Source of the DNA: an uncultured delta proteobacterium
Lineage (GTDB): Bacteria; Myxococcota; UBA727; VGSZ01
NCBI GenBank assembly: GCA_963775425.1
Contig: CAVZJB010000011.1
Location: forward strand, 384,001-448,000
Direction of reading: 5' to 3'
DNA: 64,000 bases
The translations under genes were made by a program, and so were the position numbers. Position 1 is the stretch's first letter; each line of letters begins with the position of its first letter. Below are positions 31,223 to 44,350 of the stretch, one piece after another. The notes below the pieces were generated by a model. It had not been told where the DNA came from. It did no database searches and saw nothing but the letters and a program-made list of their open reading frames with translations.

Positions 31223-31696
31223 GTGTCCGCACGTCGCTGGCGGTGGGTGCACGTCATGTTCGTGGTCGGTGTCGTCGGCAAAGGCGTCGACGGCGTGCTC
31301 GAGGTCGTCGGCGGGGCGCTGCTCGCGTTCGCGACCTCCGCGCAGATCCAGCGGGTGGTGCACGTGCTGACGGGGCCCGAGCTGAGCGAAGACCCCACGG
31401 ACCTCCTCTCGCACGCGCTCCGTCGCGCGGCGGCGCACATCGACGTCGACATGAGGACGTTCGGTGCCATCTATCTGGTGAGCCACGGGGTGATCAAGAT
31501 CGGCCTCGTCGCCGCGCTCTTGAAGAAGCGCCGCTGGGCGTACCCCGGGGCGATGGCCGCGTTCGGGCTGTTCGTCGCGTATCAGCTCTACCGCTGGTCG
31601 CTGACGCACGGGGCGTGGCTGCTCGTGCTCAGCGCCCTCGACCTCGTCGTCATCGCGCTCACGTGGCTCGAGTACCGCCGGCTGCGCGACACGTGA
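31223..31696 (+). CDS. DUF2127-like membrane protein
   Basis: KGVDGVLEVVGG, ELSEDP, YLVSHGVIK, WAYP. Confidence 0.8.
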   Translation: MSARRWRWVHVMFVVGVVGKGVDGVLEVVGGALLAFATSAQIQRVVHVLTGPELSEDPTDLLSHALRRAAAHIDVDMRTFGAIYLVSHGVIKIGLVAALLKKRRWAYPGAMAAFGLFVAYQLYRWSLTHGAWLLVLSALDLVVIALTWLEYRRLRDT

Positions 31697-32770
31697 TCAC
31701 GGAAGCCACGAGCGGGCGCCCGCGCCCCACGCGAGGATCGCGCGCTCGAGCGGACCGGTCCTTTTGTGCAGCGCGCCGAGCATCGTCGACGATGTCGCCG
31801 ACAGCGCGTCCGCCCACGCGGTCCTCCCGGTGATGCGCGTGGCGGCGATGGCGAGCGCGGAGGCGCCGCTGCCCCAGCCGCCGACGATGGGGCCGCTGAC
31901 GGCGTCGGCCTTGCGCTTCACGCCGCGCGGCCACTCGCGGCACGCGGCCATGCCGAGGGAGAGCCCCACGGGCGAGGGATCGCCGCACATGTCGTCGACG
32001 AGGGTCTGCGCGAAGCGGCCGGCCTCGGGGAGCCCGGCGAGCCCCAGGAAGCCGGCGGTCCACGCGAGCACGGTGCCCCGCTGCGTGGCCTCGACGACGC
32101 GCCCCCGGGCGTCGACGCGCGCGGGGAAGCCGTGGGGCCCCGCGCGCAAGGCGTCGATGCGCGCCGCGAGCGCGCGGCCCGCCGCCGCGCTCCCGCCGTC
32201 GTCGTGGGGCGCGCCGCGGTGGCCCGCGCGCAACGCGCCGTGCAACACGAGGCCGGACGCGGCGAGGGCGTGGTCGCAGGGCCAGGTGCCGCCGCGGAAG
32301 GACTCGAGCCAGCCGCTCTTCGACGCGGCGAGGTCCTCGACGAGGGAGCCCGCCAGCGCGTCGAAGAGCTGCGCGCGCGGGGGCGTGAGCCCGTCGACGC
32401 GCGCGAGGCCAGCGAGCATCGCCAACAGGTAGCCGCGGTAGAGCACGCTGCGAGGCACCGAGCGCGCGTCGCCCGCGCCTGCGCCGAGCGCGCGCTCCCC
32501 CGTGTCTCGAAACGGCCGGCGGGCGCGGGGCGAGAGGATGTCGTCGACGAGCGCGTGCAGCGCGGCGACGCGGGGGGCGCGCGCCTCGCCGGCGAGCACC
32601 TCGTCGACGAGCACGAAGCTCGCGTAGGCGTCGCAGGCGGCCTGGGCTTCGATGAACGGGTGCTTCCGGTCGTCGAGCAGCCGGGGGGCGCAGCCGGCCT
32701 CGACGTCGTGGGCGAGCGCCAGCCCGGGGGCCGCGGCTAAGGCGAGGAGCGCGACGAGCAGCATCCTCAT
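31697..32770 (-). CDS. Secreted linalool dehydratase/isomerase-like alpha-helical protein
   Basis: Signal peptide; LYRGYL, WLESFRGGTWPCD, REWPRG, DAVSGP motifs recalled from this family. Confidence 0.55.
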   Translation of the reverse strand: MRMLLVALLALAAAPGLALAHDVEAGCAPRLLDDRKHPFIEAQAACDAYASFVLVDEVLAGEARAPRVAALHALVDDILSPRARRPFRDTGERALGAGAGDARSVPRSVLYRGYLLAMLAGLARVDGLTPPRAQLFDALAGSLVEDLAASKSGWLESFRGGTWPCDHALAASGLVLHGALRAGHRGAPHDDGGSAAAGRALAARIDALRAGPHGFPARVDARGRVVEATQRGTVLAWTAGFLGLAGLPEAGRFAQTLVDDMCGDPSPVGLSLGMAACREWPRGVKRKADAVSGPIVGGWGSGASALAIAATRITGRTAWADALSATSSTMLGALHKRTGPLERAILAWGAGARSWLP

Positions 32771-32909
32771 GCAACAGCCGGCGGCGGTGACGCAGTCCCG
32801 GCGTCGGGCGCCCGGGGGCGCGTCCGCCGCCGGGAGCGAGCCGAATCCGGCCTCGGATCAGGCACTTGGGGGTTGCGGACGTCGTCCGCGGGGGCGAACC
32901 TTCCTGCAT

Positions 32910-34874
32910 ATGACGCTTCCCCGTCTGCGCCTCGGGATCGCGGCCGCCATCGCCTTCGCCGCCGCCGCCGGATGCAATTCGTGCTGCTACGACCCCGTGA
33001 GCCCGACGGGCAAGCCGCCCGCCTGCAGCCCCGACAAGACCTGCGACGACGGCGACGCATTCCGCTTCGGCGCCTGCGTCCCCGGCGGCTGCGAGACCGA
33101 CGCCGACTGCTGCCCGGGATCGCGCTGTCGCGCGGACATCAACAGTTGCTTCCCCGTGCTCCTCGACCCCGAGTTCGCCTGCGACCAGAACAGCGACTGC
33201 GACGATCCCGCGCAGCGCTGCATCCCCACCGTCATCGGCGACCGCGACCCCTTGCCCACCTGCGTCTACGAGCTGTGCAACGGCGACGCCGACTGCGGCT
33301 TCGGCCGCGCCTGCTACGAGGGCCGCTGCGTGCAGGACGCGCCCTGCGAGGGCAACTGCCCCGACGGCACCGCGTGCGACGTCATCACCGGCAAGTGCGC
33401 CCCGTTCCCGAGCGGCTCCGACGGCTGTGACAAGACGTGCGCCGACGGGCAGCTCAAGGTGTTCAGCGATCCCGCGTCCATGTCCGGCGAGACCTGCTGC
33501 GCGCTGTCGTGTCGTTGCGACGGCCTGCCGCCCATCGTGCCCACGCGCTTCGGCCGCTACAGCCGCGTGGTGTTCGCGTCCGATCAGGTGCTGGTGTCGG
33601 CGTACGACGCGCAGTTCGGCGATCTCGTGCTCGCCCACTTCAAGCCCGACGGCAGCTTCGCGCGGCTCGACTACCTCGATGGCGTGCCCGGCGGCGCCGC
33701 CGTCACCGCCGACCCCGCCGGCCCCCGCGGCGGCGTCAGTGAGCCCGGCCAAAACGTCGGCACGCACACGTCCATCGCCGCCGACGCCCAGGGCAAGGTG
33801 CGCATCGCGTACCATGACGAGGACGGCAAGAGCTTGAAGGTCGCCATCCAGCAGGACGACGGCAGCTTCAAGACCTACTTCCTCGACGGCGGCGACGCCG
33901 ACGCCAACTTCGGACAGTTCACGGACATCGCCGTCGCCTCCGACGGCACCATCTACGTGAGCTACCTCGCGCACAACGCCGAGCTCGCCGGCTTCACCGG
34001 GCGGAGCACGGGCGTGAAGCTCGCCAGGAGCAACAACGCCAACCCGCAGTCGGCGGTGGACTGGACGTTCTCCGTCGTCGACGCGCGCCCCATGTTCGAC
34101 CCGTGCAACGGCGCGTGCAACGCCGACCAGGCCTGCGTGCTCAACGGCGGCGCCGGCCAGTGCCTCGCCACCGCCGCCGGGTGCAACCCCTCGTGCAGCT
34201 CCACGCAGACGTGCGTCGACACCGGCGCCGGCGTGCAGTGCCTGGCCCCGGTGCTGCCTCCCGAGAGCCCCGACGTCCCCCGCGCTCGCGGTCTGTACAC
34301 GTCGGTCGCGCTCGACGGAGACACGCCCATCGTCGCCTACTACGACGCCATCGACGGCGACCTGCGCGTCGCCCCCGGCGGCACGAGCCCCGTGGTGCTC
34401 GACGGCGACGGCCAGGGCGGCCACAGAAGCGGCGACGTCGGCCGCTTCCCGACGGTGGCGCGCATCGGCCAGAACCTCACGGTGGTCTACGAGGACTTCG
34501 GCCGCCACGAGGTGCGCGCGTGGCAGGGGTCGGCGGCGGAGCTCGGCAGCGGCGGCACGTACACGCTGGTCGACCGCGGCCAAACCCCGGGGCAGTCGGG
34601 CAAGCAGTTCGTCGGCGCCGGCGCCCGCCTCGCCAAAGGCGTGAGCACCCCCGTCGTCGTCTACCAGGACGCCTCCAACCTCGACCTCAAGCTCGCCGAC
34701 TTCGACGGCACCGCCTGGGTGCCGAGCACGCTCCTCACAGACGGCGCCCACGGCTTCTACAGCGACATCGCCGTGCAGAGCGGCAAGGCGTACATCGTCA
34801 GCGTCGAGGCGCAGCTCGACGAGCGCGGCGTCGAGGCGTCGCGGCTCGGCCTCACCGTGCAAAACGCCCCGTGA
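32910..34874 (+). CDS. Cys-rich lipoprotein with a C-terminal beta-propeller-like region
   Basis: Lipobox AAGC; many CxxDxDC modules; repeated G-x-Y/H-T-S-I...Y-D...DL blades. Confidence 0.75.
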   Translation: MTLPRLRLGIAAAIAFAAAAGCNSCCYDPVSPTGKPPACSPDKTCDDGDAFRFGACVPGGCETDADCCPGSRCRADINSCFPVLLDPEFACDQNSDCDDPAQRCIPTVIGDRDPLPTCVYELCNGDADCGFGRACYEGRCVQDAPCEGNCPDGTACDVITGKCAPFPSGSDGCDKTCADGQLKVFSDPASMSGETCCALSCRCDGLPPIVPTRFGRYSRVVFASDQVLVSAYDAQFGDLVLAHFKPDGSFARLDYLDGVPGGAAVTADPAGPRGGVSEPGQNVGTHTSIAADAQGKVRIAYHDEDGKSLKVAIQQDDGSFKTYFLDGGDADANFGQFTDIAVASDGTIYVSYLAHNAELAGFTGRSTGVKLARSNNANPQSAVDWTFSVVDARPMFDPCNGACNADQACVLNGGAGQCLATAAGCNPSCSSTQTCVDTGAGVQCLAPVLPPESPDVPRARGLYTSVALDGDTPIVAYYDAIDGDLRVAPGGTSPVVLDGDGQGGHRSGDVGRFPTVARIGQNLTVVYEDFGRHEVRAWQGSAAELGSGGTYTLVDRGQTPGQSGKQFVGAGARLAKGVSTPVVVYQDASNLDLKLADFDGTAWVPSTLLTDGAHGFYSDIAVQSGKAYIVSVEAQLDERGVEASRLGLTVQNAP

Positions 34875-34883
34875 CGTGAGCGC

Positions 34884-35585
34884 GTGACGAGCAAGAACAC
34901 GCGCGCTCAGCTCCTCTTGCCGCTGCGCAACCGCGCCGCCTTCCTCGATGCGCACTTCGATCGGGGCGACGGTGGGCTGTTCGTCCCCGGCGAGGTCGAC
35001 GTGGAGCTCGGCGACGACGTCGACGTCGAGCTGCACTTCACCGAGGAGCAGGTGCGCTTCCACATCCGTGCGCGCGTGAAGTGGAAGCGGTCGCAGGCGG
35101 GCCGGCGCTCCATCCCGCCCGGCGTCGGCATCGAGTTCCTGCCGTCGGAGCAGCGCACGGCGGCGCAGATCCTCCGCTTCGCCGAGGGCAAGGAGAGCGT
35201 CGCCCACAGGGAGCGCGACCGGCGCTACACACTCCACGTCGACGTCCGCATGGATCACCGGGGGCAGGAGCTCACCGGCGTCACCGACGACATCAGCGAG
35301 GGCGGCTGCTTCGTGATCACCGACGTGAACCTCGAGGTGGGGACCGAAGTGGAGCTGCGGCTGCGCGCGCCCGGCTCGCTGTTCGGTTGGCTGACGCTCC
35401 CCGCGTTCGTGACGTGGCGGCGGCAGCAGTCGGGGCGCGACGGCATGGGCCTCGAGTTCCGCTTCACCACCGATCGGCAGCGGGCCAAGGTGAAGCGGAT
35501 CGTGCACGTGCTCAAAGAGCGGATGTTGCGGGACGTCCGCGTCAAAGTGCCGCGGTTGCCGTCGACGCCGCCGACCTCCACGTAG
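34884..35585 (+). CDS. Tandem PilZ domain protein
   Basis: GGLFV...VKW...GVGIEF domain, then RERDR (RxxxR) and DISEGG (DxSxxG), GMGLEF. Confidence 0.85.
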   Translation: MTSKNTRAQLLLPLRNRAAFLDAHFDRGDGGLFVPGEVDVELGDDVDVELHFTEEQVRFHIRARVKWKRSQAGRRSIPPGVGIEFLPSEQRTAAQILRFAEGKESVAHRERDRRYTLHVDVRMDHRGQELTGVTDDISEGGCFVITDVNLEVGTEVELRLRAPGSLFGWLTLPAFVTWRRQQSGRDGMGLEFRFTTDRQRAKVKRIVHVLKERMLRDVRVKVPRLPSTPPTST

Positions 35586-35646
35586 CGGCGCCGCCGACTT
35601 CGCTGGACAGCTTGGGTGCGCCGCGTTATGCCGCCGGCAGCCACCA

Positions 35647-35668
35647 TGGTTGACATTCGAGTCAATCA
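35647..35668. promoter_or_regulatory. Palindromic operator TTGAC-N6-GTCAA upstream of etfB
   Basis: tggTTGACattcgaGTCAAtca; core 35650-35665; includes a TTGACA hexamer. Confidence 0.55.
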
Positions 35669-35696
35669 CGAGGTCCACGGAACGGACGGAGCGCGT

Positions 35697-36443
35697 ATGA
35701 AGTTCCTCGTCACCTGCAAGCGAGTCACCGACTTCGAGGCCAAGATCAAGCTCAAGGCGGACAAGAGCGGCATCGAGACCAGCGGCGTCAACATGATCAT
35801 GAACCCCTTCGACGAGATCGGCGTCGAGGAGGCCCTGCGGCAGAAGGAGAAGCACCAGGGCGAGGTCGTGGTGCTCACCATCGGCACGTCCGACGCCATG
35901 ACGCAGATCCGCAGCGCGCTCGCCATGGGCGCCGATCGCGGGATTCTGGTCAAGAGCGACGACGCGCTCGACTCCTTCGCCGTCGCGCGCGTGCTGCAGA
36001 AGGTGGTGGAGAAGGAGAAGCCCGACGTCGTCATCATGGGCAAGCAGGCCATCGACGACGACAGCAACCAGGCCACGCAGATCCTCGCCGAGCTGCTCGG
36101 CTGGGGCCAGGCCACCTTCGCCAACACCGTCACCATCGACGGCGGCGCCGCCACCGTGGTCCGCGAGGCAGACGGCGGGCTCGAGACCGTCAAGTGCGAG
36201 CTCCCGTGCGTCATCAGCACCGACCTGCGCTTGAACGAGCCGCGCTACGCGTCGCTGCCCGGCATCATGAAGGCCAAGAAGAAGCCGGTGGAGGAGCTCG
36301 ACGCCAAGTCCCTCGGCGTCGACATCGCCCCCCGCGTGGTCGTGAAGGCCTTCGAGGAGCCCGCGCAGAAGACGGCCGGCCAGAAGGTCCCGGACGTCGC
36401 CACTCTCGTCGAGAAGCTCAAGACCGAAGCGAAGGTGATCTGA
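35697..36443 (+). CDS. etfB: Electron transfer flavoprotein beta subunit
   Basis: MNPFDEIGVEEAL, ALAMGAD, GKQAIDDD, LNEPRYASLPGIMKAKKK. Confidence 0.97.
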   Translation: MKFLVTCKRVTDFEAKIKLKADKSGIETSGVNMIMNPFDEIGVEEALRQKEKHQGEVVVLTIGTSDAMTQIRSALAMGADRGILVKSDDALDSFAVARVLQKVVEKEKPDVVIMGKQAIDDDSNQATQILAELLGWGQATFANTVTIDGGAATVVREADGGLETVKCELPCVISTDLRLNEPRYASLPGIMKAKKKPVEELDAKSLGVDIAPRVVVKAFEEPAQKTAGQKVPDVATLVEKLKTEAKVI

Positions 36444-36444
36444 C

Positions 36445-37395
36445 ATGGCAACCAATCTCGTCGTCGTCGAGCATCAAAACGGAAAGCTCGCCAAGGCCAC
36501 GCTGTCGGCCGTCGCGGCCGCCGGCAAGGTCGGCGGAGACGTCCACGCCCTCGTCCTCGGCAAGGGTGTCGGCGACGTCGCCGCCGCCGTCGCGCCCTAC
36601 GCCAAGACCGTGCACGTCGCGGAGCACGCGGACCTCGAGCACCGCACCGCGCAGTCGTGGGCCAAGGTCACCGCGGACGTCGCCAAGGCCGTCGGCGCCA
36701 CCCACGTGTGGGCGGCGGCCACGGGCGCGGGCAAGGACTTCATGCCGCGCGTGGCCGCCCGCCTCGACGCGGCCATGGCTTCGGACATCTCCGCCGTCGT
36801 CGACGAAAAGACGTTCAAGCGCGCCATGTGGGCGGGCAACGTCATCGGCACCGTCGAGCTCACCACGGCCACCAAGGTGATCACCGTGCGGCCCACCGAG
36901 TTCGCTCCCGCCGCCGCCGGCGCCGCGGGCGCGGTGCAGCCGGTGGCGTCCGTGGACCCGGGCGCGTCCAAGATGAGCTTCGTGAAGTTCGACGCGGTCG
37001 AGAGCGACCGCCCGGCGCTGACCGACGCGCGCGTCGTCGTCAGCGGCGGCCGCGGCGTCAAGGGCCCCGAGGGCTTCAAGAACGTCATCGAGCCGCTGGC
37101 CGACGTGCTCGGCGCCGCCATCGGCGCGTCGCGCGCGGTGTGCGACGCCGGTTGGGTGCCGAACGATTGGCAGGTCGGGCAGACCGGCAAGGTCGTCGCG
37201 CCCGAGCTCTACATCGCCGTCGGCATCTCCGGCGCCATCCAGCACGTCGCCGGCATGAAGGGCAGCAAGTGCATCGTGGCGATCAACAAGGACGCCGAAG
37301 CGCCAATCTTCCAGATCGCCGACTACGGCCTCGTCGCCGACCTCTTCAAGGCGGCGCCGGAGCTCACCGAGGCCTTGAAGAAAGCCAAGGGTTGA
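36445..37395 (+). CDS. etfA: Electron transfer flavoprotein alpha subunit
   Basis: [35 protein letters not shown]. Confidence 0.97.
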   Translation: MATNLVVVEHQNGKLAKATLSAVAAAGKVGGDVHALVLGKGVGDVAAAVAPYAKTVHVAEHADLEHRTAQSWAKVTADVAKAVGATHVWAAATGAGKDFMPRVAARLDAAMASDISAVVDEKTFKRAMWAGNVIGTVELTTATKVITVRPTEFAPAAAGAAGAVQPVASVDPGASKMSFVKFDAVESDRPALTDARVVVSGGRGVKGPEGFKNVIEPLADVLGAAIGASRAVCDAGWVPNDWQVGQTGKVVAPELYIAVGISGAIQHVAGMKGSKCIVAINKDAEAPIFQIADYGLVADLFKAAPELTEALKKAKG

Positions 37396-37451
37396 GCGTC
37401 GTGGTGCGGGGGCTTGTCCCCCGCGCGCGCGCGGCGCGATAGATTCGGCCA

Positions 37452-37775
37452 ATGACCGACGGCTTCGAAAGACGCGACTCCCTCCGGCGCTACGCCCCGG
37501 TGAAGCTCTCGCCGCCCGACGGCGGAGCGCTCGTCGAGACGCGCGGCATCGTGTCCTTGCGCGGCGTGTTCCTCGAGGGGGCGCAGGCGCTGCCGTCGGC
37601 GTGGGGCAACGCCCTCATCGGCGTGGAGGCCGACCTCGGCGGCCCGGCGCTGCTGAAGGCCGTGTGCCTTGTGGCGCCGCCCGAGGCCGGGCGCGGAGGC
37701 TTCCTGCTCACCTGGAAGACGCTCGACTTTGAAAACGAGCGCGAGCTCGCCCGCTACCTCGACGAGACGCGCTGA
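37452..37775 (+). CDS. Small PilZ-like hypothetical protein
   Basis: ERRDSLR start, SLRGVFL, C-terminal ERELARYLD helix. Confidence 0.55.
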   Translation: MTDGFERRDSLRRYAPVKLSPPDGGALVETRGIVSLRGVFLEGAQALPSAWGNALIGVEADLGGPALLKAVCLVAPPEAGRGGFLLTWKTLDFENERELARYLDETR

Positions 37776-37894
37776 CGAGCCTGGCGGCGTGACGACATCC
37801 ACGGCGGAACCACGTTGTCGCTGACGACGACGATGTGCCCCGCCGCGAATGTCTACGCCGCGCGCCTTCGGCGCCTCTCTCGCATCGCCGGCCG

Positions 37895-38554
37895 TCATGC
37901 CTCTCGCGTCGCGACGGATGCGCGCTCTCCCTCGGGCGCAGCGGCGAGCGCCGCCAAGGACTCCGCGAGCGCGACGGGTCCCTGGGCGACGAGCCACGCG
38001 GGCTGCTCGCCTTCGACGTCGACGACGAGGAAGCGCGAGCCCTCCGCGTGCATGCCCTCGATGCGCGCGAACGGAACGCTCCAGCAAGACAACTGCACGT
38101 TGAAGCGATGCGGGCAGAAGGCGAGCCGGCGCGTGGTGACGACGGCGCGTCCGCCGCGCGCTTCGCCGCGCAGGAAGTGATTCGCCGGTTGGGACGACAG
38201 GATCTCCTCGCCCCGCTCGAGCGCGAGCTCCGGCTTCGCGGCGAACGCGCGCACGGTGAAGAAGATCGGCCCGACGACGAGGACGGCGACGCCGAGGCCG
38301 AGGAACGCGGCGAAGGGGATGACGGCGGCCACCGGCATGGGCGCGCGCCCCGGGGCGTGGGTGGTCAGGAGGATCCACGCCCACCCCGCCGCGCCCGCGG
38401 TCCCGGCGACGACGACGGGCCAGCGCGACACGAGGAAGAAGAGCGTGCCGACGGCGACCTTGGGCGCGAGCCGCCCCGCGGCCTGGCGCATGAGCACGCC
38501 GAGCCCGATGAGGAGGCCGACGAGCTGCAGCAGGTGGATCTGGGCCGGCGTCAT
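37895..38554 (-). CDS. Membrane protein with a C-terminal PH/GRAM-like domain
   Basis: Hydrophobic N-terminal half; PANHF..GEARGG..VVTTRRLAF. Confidence 0.6.
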   Translation of the reverse strand: MTPAQIHLLQLVGLLIGLGVLMRQAAGRLAPKVAVGTLFFLVSRWPVVVAGTAGAAGWAWILLTTHAPGRAPMPVAAVIPFAAFLGLGVAVLVVGPIFFTVRAFAAKPELALERGEEILSSQPANHFLRGEARGGRAVVTTRRLAFCPHRFNVQLSCWSVPFARIEGMHAEGSRFLVVDVEGEQPAWLVAQGPVALAESLAALAAAPEGERASVATREA

Positions 38555-38572
38555 CGCTCCCACATCCCGCGC

Positions 38573-39013
38573 TCACCGCGGCGGCGCAACGACGTCAGCG
38601 GCCGGCTTGCGCCAGGCAGCCTTGTCCTCGTCGTAGACGAGGCCGGGATCAGGGGGCTCGAGGTGGCGGTGCCAGCCCTCGCGGAAGCAGGTGCGCCCGT
38701 GGTGCGGATGTGGGCCGAAGAACGCCCACGTCTTTCGTGTGTCGACGTAGCCCTGCGGCGTCTTCACGAACGCGTCGGCGGGTGAGGGTGGGTACTCGTG
38801 CGCGTGCGGCTGCGCGACCTCGCAAACGTCGCCGCCGTAAGCAAGCGGTCTTCCATGCGGCCCGGCGTAGGTCCACGTCGGTGGACCGCTGGGAACGCCG
38901 CCGTGATGAACAGGAGCGATGCCACAAGCCGTAAGCGTGGCGACGACGACGAGCAGGGCGATGCCACACACAAAATTGTCTCGGGTGTGCGGGATGATTG
39001 AAGACTCGACCAC
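38573..39013 (-). CDS. Small His/Cys-rich lipoprotein; start uncertain
   Basis: Lipobox LTAC; two GPH...C...HxH repeats. Confidence 0.6.
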   Translation of the reverse strand: MVESSIIPHTRDNFVCGIALLVVVATLTACGIAPVHHGGVPSGPPTWTYAGPHGRPLAYGGDVCEVAQPHAHEYPPSPADAFVKTPQGYVDTRKTWAFFGPHPHHGRTCFREGWHRHLEPPDPGLVYDEDKAAWRKPAADVVAPPR

Positions 39014-39022
39014 CGTTCTGGC

Positions 39023-40246
39023 ATGACGGTGTTCAGCGCACGGCGCAACCCCGCGTGCCCCGGAGTCTGGATGCCTGTTCCCGTCGTCGTCGCCGCCCTC
39101 CTCATCAGCGGCGCTCCTTCTCTGCGGTCAGAGCGCCGCGAGGATCCCGCGGATGTACGGGCGACAAGATCGCCCCTGACCTTCGATGCCGCCGAGCCGC
39201 GCTGGTCCGCGGTGATCGATCACGCAGCGGCGCCGGCCCGCGTGCGCGATTGCCTCGAGCTCTTCAAGGCGCGGGTCACCGTCGACGACGCGCTCTACCC
39301 CGAGGCGCGCGTGCTCGCGTGGGCGGCGGGCACCACCCGCGATGCGCCCCACAGCGAGGGCCTCGTCGCCCCCATCCAGGGCGTGCGCGCGCTGAACGCA
39401 TTCGTGTCGGCGCCACGTGAGTCGCGCGAGCTCGTCGAGAGCCTGCTGCGCGCCGCGCGCTCCGACGGCGAGCGCGCGGTGATCTTGAAGGCGTTGGCGG
39501 CGCGGGAGATGGCGCTCGGCTCGCCCCGGTTCGCGCCCGAGATGCGCACCGTGGCGCAGCAGATTCGGGGGCGACCGCTGCCGTGGCTGCTCGAGGAGAC
39601 CACGGGCTACGGCGCTTCCTTCGGCGACGGCGTCCGCCAGAGCTTCAAGGACTCGTGCATGCCCGCCATCAAGCTCGTCGCAGAGGCCGAGCTTGATCCG
39701 CTCGCGGCGCTGCGCGTGCACGTCGCCGGCTACAGCACGCTCGTCGAGCGTCAGGACCTGGAGTCGTCGGGGGGTGTCGCCGTGCCGCGCGGCGATCCGC
39801 GCTTCGGGCGCGGCACAGCGGACCACGGGCTGCTGCTGAAGCTCGGCGCGGACCTCGACGCCAAGACCGAGATCATCGCGGGTGCGTTGCGCGAGGACGA
39901 CCTCGACCACATGGAGAAGCTCCTGCGCGAGGGCATCGATCTCCCGCTGCGCATCGCCACCCGCGACGACACCGTCGCCCACTCGGTCATCGCCGTCGAC
40001 GCAAAGCGGGAAGCCGGTCGCCGGCTGTTCCGCGTGCACGATCCATGGACGGGCAAGTCGTCCTGGCTCACCGACGACGCCGTCCTCGGCTTCGGCCTCG
40101 TCCCCACCGATCGCGGCGAGCCACGCCACGTCACCCACGCGTACCTCTACGAACCGTGGACCCCGGGGATGCAACCCGACACATCGCCGGCGTTGGCGTC
40201 CTCGTCGCCGCCTGCGAGCGAGCAACGCGCCTCGGGCTCGCCGTAA
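39023..40246 (+). CDS. Hypothetical protein with a C-terminal papain-fold (C39-like) cysteine peptidase signature
   Basis: QSFKDSC ... AHSVIAV ... VHDPWTG gives Q/C/H/D in the expected order. Confidence 0.55.
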   Translation: MTVFSARRNPACPGVWMPVPVVVAALLISGAPSLRSERREDPADVRATRSPLTFDAAEPRWSAVIDHAAAPARVRDCLELFKARVTVDDALYPEARVLAWAAGTTRDAPHSEGLVAPIQGVRALNAFVSAPRESRELVESLLRAARSDGERAVILKALAAREMALGSPRFAPEMRTVAQQIRGRPLPWLLEETTGYGASFGDGVRQSFKDSCMPAIKLVAEAELDPLAALRVHVAGYSTLVERQDLESSGGVAVPRGDPRFGRGTADHGLLLKLGADLDAKTEIIAGALREDDLDHMEKLLREGIDLPLRIATRDDTVAHSVIAVDAKREAGRRLFRVHDPWTGKSSWLTDDAVLGFGLVPTDRGEPRHVTHAYLYEPWTPGMQPDTSPALASSSPPASEQRASGSP

Positions 40247-40276
40247 TTGTTCGGTCGCCTGTCGGCGACCGAACAA
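40247..40276. terminator. 13-bp perfect stem-loop, likely a terminator
   Basis: ttgttcggtcgcc-tgtc-ggcgaccgaacaa immediately after the TAA at 40246. Confidence 0.65.
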
Positions 40277-40367
40277 ATACAGCCAATTTTTTGCGTTCGT
40301 GGCGCTCGGCCCGCACCATGGAGCCACTTGTCGCCGGCCGGCACCGGTCGACAGCGGAGGTCGCCTC

Positions 40368-43541
<3,174 letters not shown>

Positions 43542-43619
43542 CGAATCGAACGCGCGCCGCGCATGCGCGTGAGGAAATGCACTTGCGGCGACCCCGGGGG
43601 GCGGGTGACGGTGCCGTCG

Positions 43620-44342
43620 ATGCTCAGCTTCGTCGTCCTCCTCGCCGCCGCGTCCCCTGCGCCGCCGCCCTCGGGCGGCGCGCTGCGCGTCGTTGCCTTG
43701 CCGTTGCGCGACGACGGCGCCGGTCCGGGCATCACCAACGCGGCCACCAGCCTCACCGCCGTGGCGCTGTCGAAGGTTCAGGGCTTCAACGTCCTGTCCG
43801 GCGACGACGTCAGGGCCGCGGCCGACGTCGATGCGCAAAAGCAGCTCGTCGGCTGCGACGAGGCGGGCTGTCTCGCGGAGATCGCGGAGGCTCTCGGCGC
43901 GGACCGCATCGTCCACGGGAACGTGGCGCGGCTCGGGGACACCATCGTCGTCACGCTGAGCCTGTTCGACGCGAAGAAGGGCGTCGCCCTCGGGCGTGGG
44001 ACCGTCCAGGCGCGCGACGAAGCCGACCTCCCTGCTGACCTCGACGCCGCCGTCCAGCGGCTCGTCGGCGGCGGCGGCGCCACCGTCAGGTCGTCCGCCG
44101 CGGGCGCCGTCGACTGGCTCCTCGTCGGCGGCCTCGCCGGCGCGGGCGTGGGCGTGCTCATCGCTGGCGCCGGCGCGGGCCTGTCGTGGGCCGACCGCGG
44201 CACGCTCACCGACCCCGCCACCAGCGGAGACGCCAAGGCCTCGGCGCAGGCGAGCCGGCCGACCTGGGGCGTCGTGGCCGTCGCCGGCGCCGTCGTCACC
44301 GTGGCGGGCCTCGCGGCGGCCGCCGTTTCCTTCGTCGAGTAG
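43620..44342 (+). CDS. Exported alpha/beta (CsgG/DUF2380-like) protein with a C-terminal hydrophobic hairpin
   Basis: Signal peptide; VVALPL, GCDEAGCLAEIAEALGADRIVHGNV; two C-terminal hydrophobic segments. Confidence 0.7.
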   Translation: MLSFVVLLAAASPAPPPSGGALRVVALPLRDDGAGPGITNAATSLTAVALSKVQGFNVLSGDDVRAAADVDAQKQLVGCDEAGCLAEIAEALGADRIVHGNVARLGDTIVVTLSLFDAKKGVALGRGTVQARDEADLPADLDAAVQRLVGGGGATVRSSAAGAVDWLLVGGLAGAGVGVLIAGAGAGLSWADRGTLTDPATSGDAKASAQASRPTWGVVAVAGAVVTVAGLAAAAVSFVE

Positions 44343-44350
44343 GAGTCGCC

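Noticed and set aside
31659-36455. 1598-aa minus-strand ORF, and similar long ORFs (40131-43916, 49984-52845, 21480-24107, 100-1440)
   Set aside because: Antisense or alternative-frame shadows of recognisable genes; Arg/Ala/Pro-rich and expected at this GC content.
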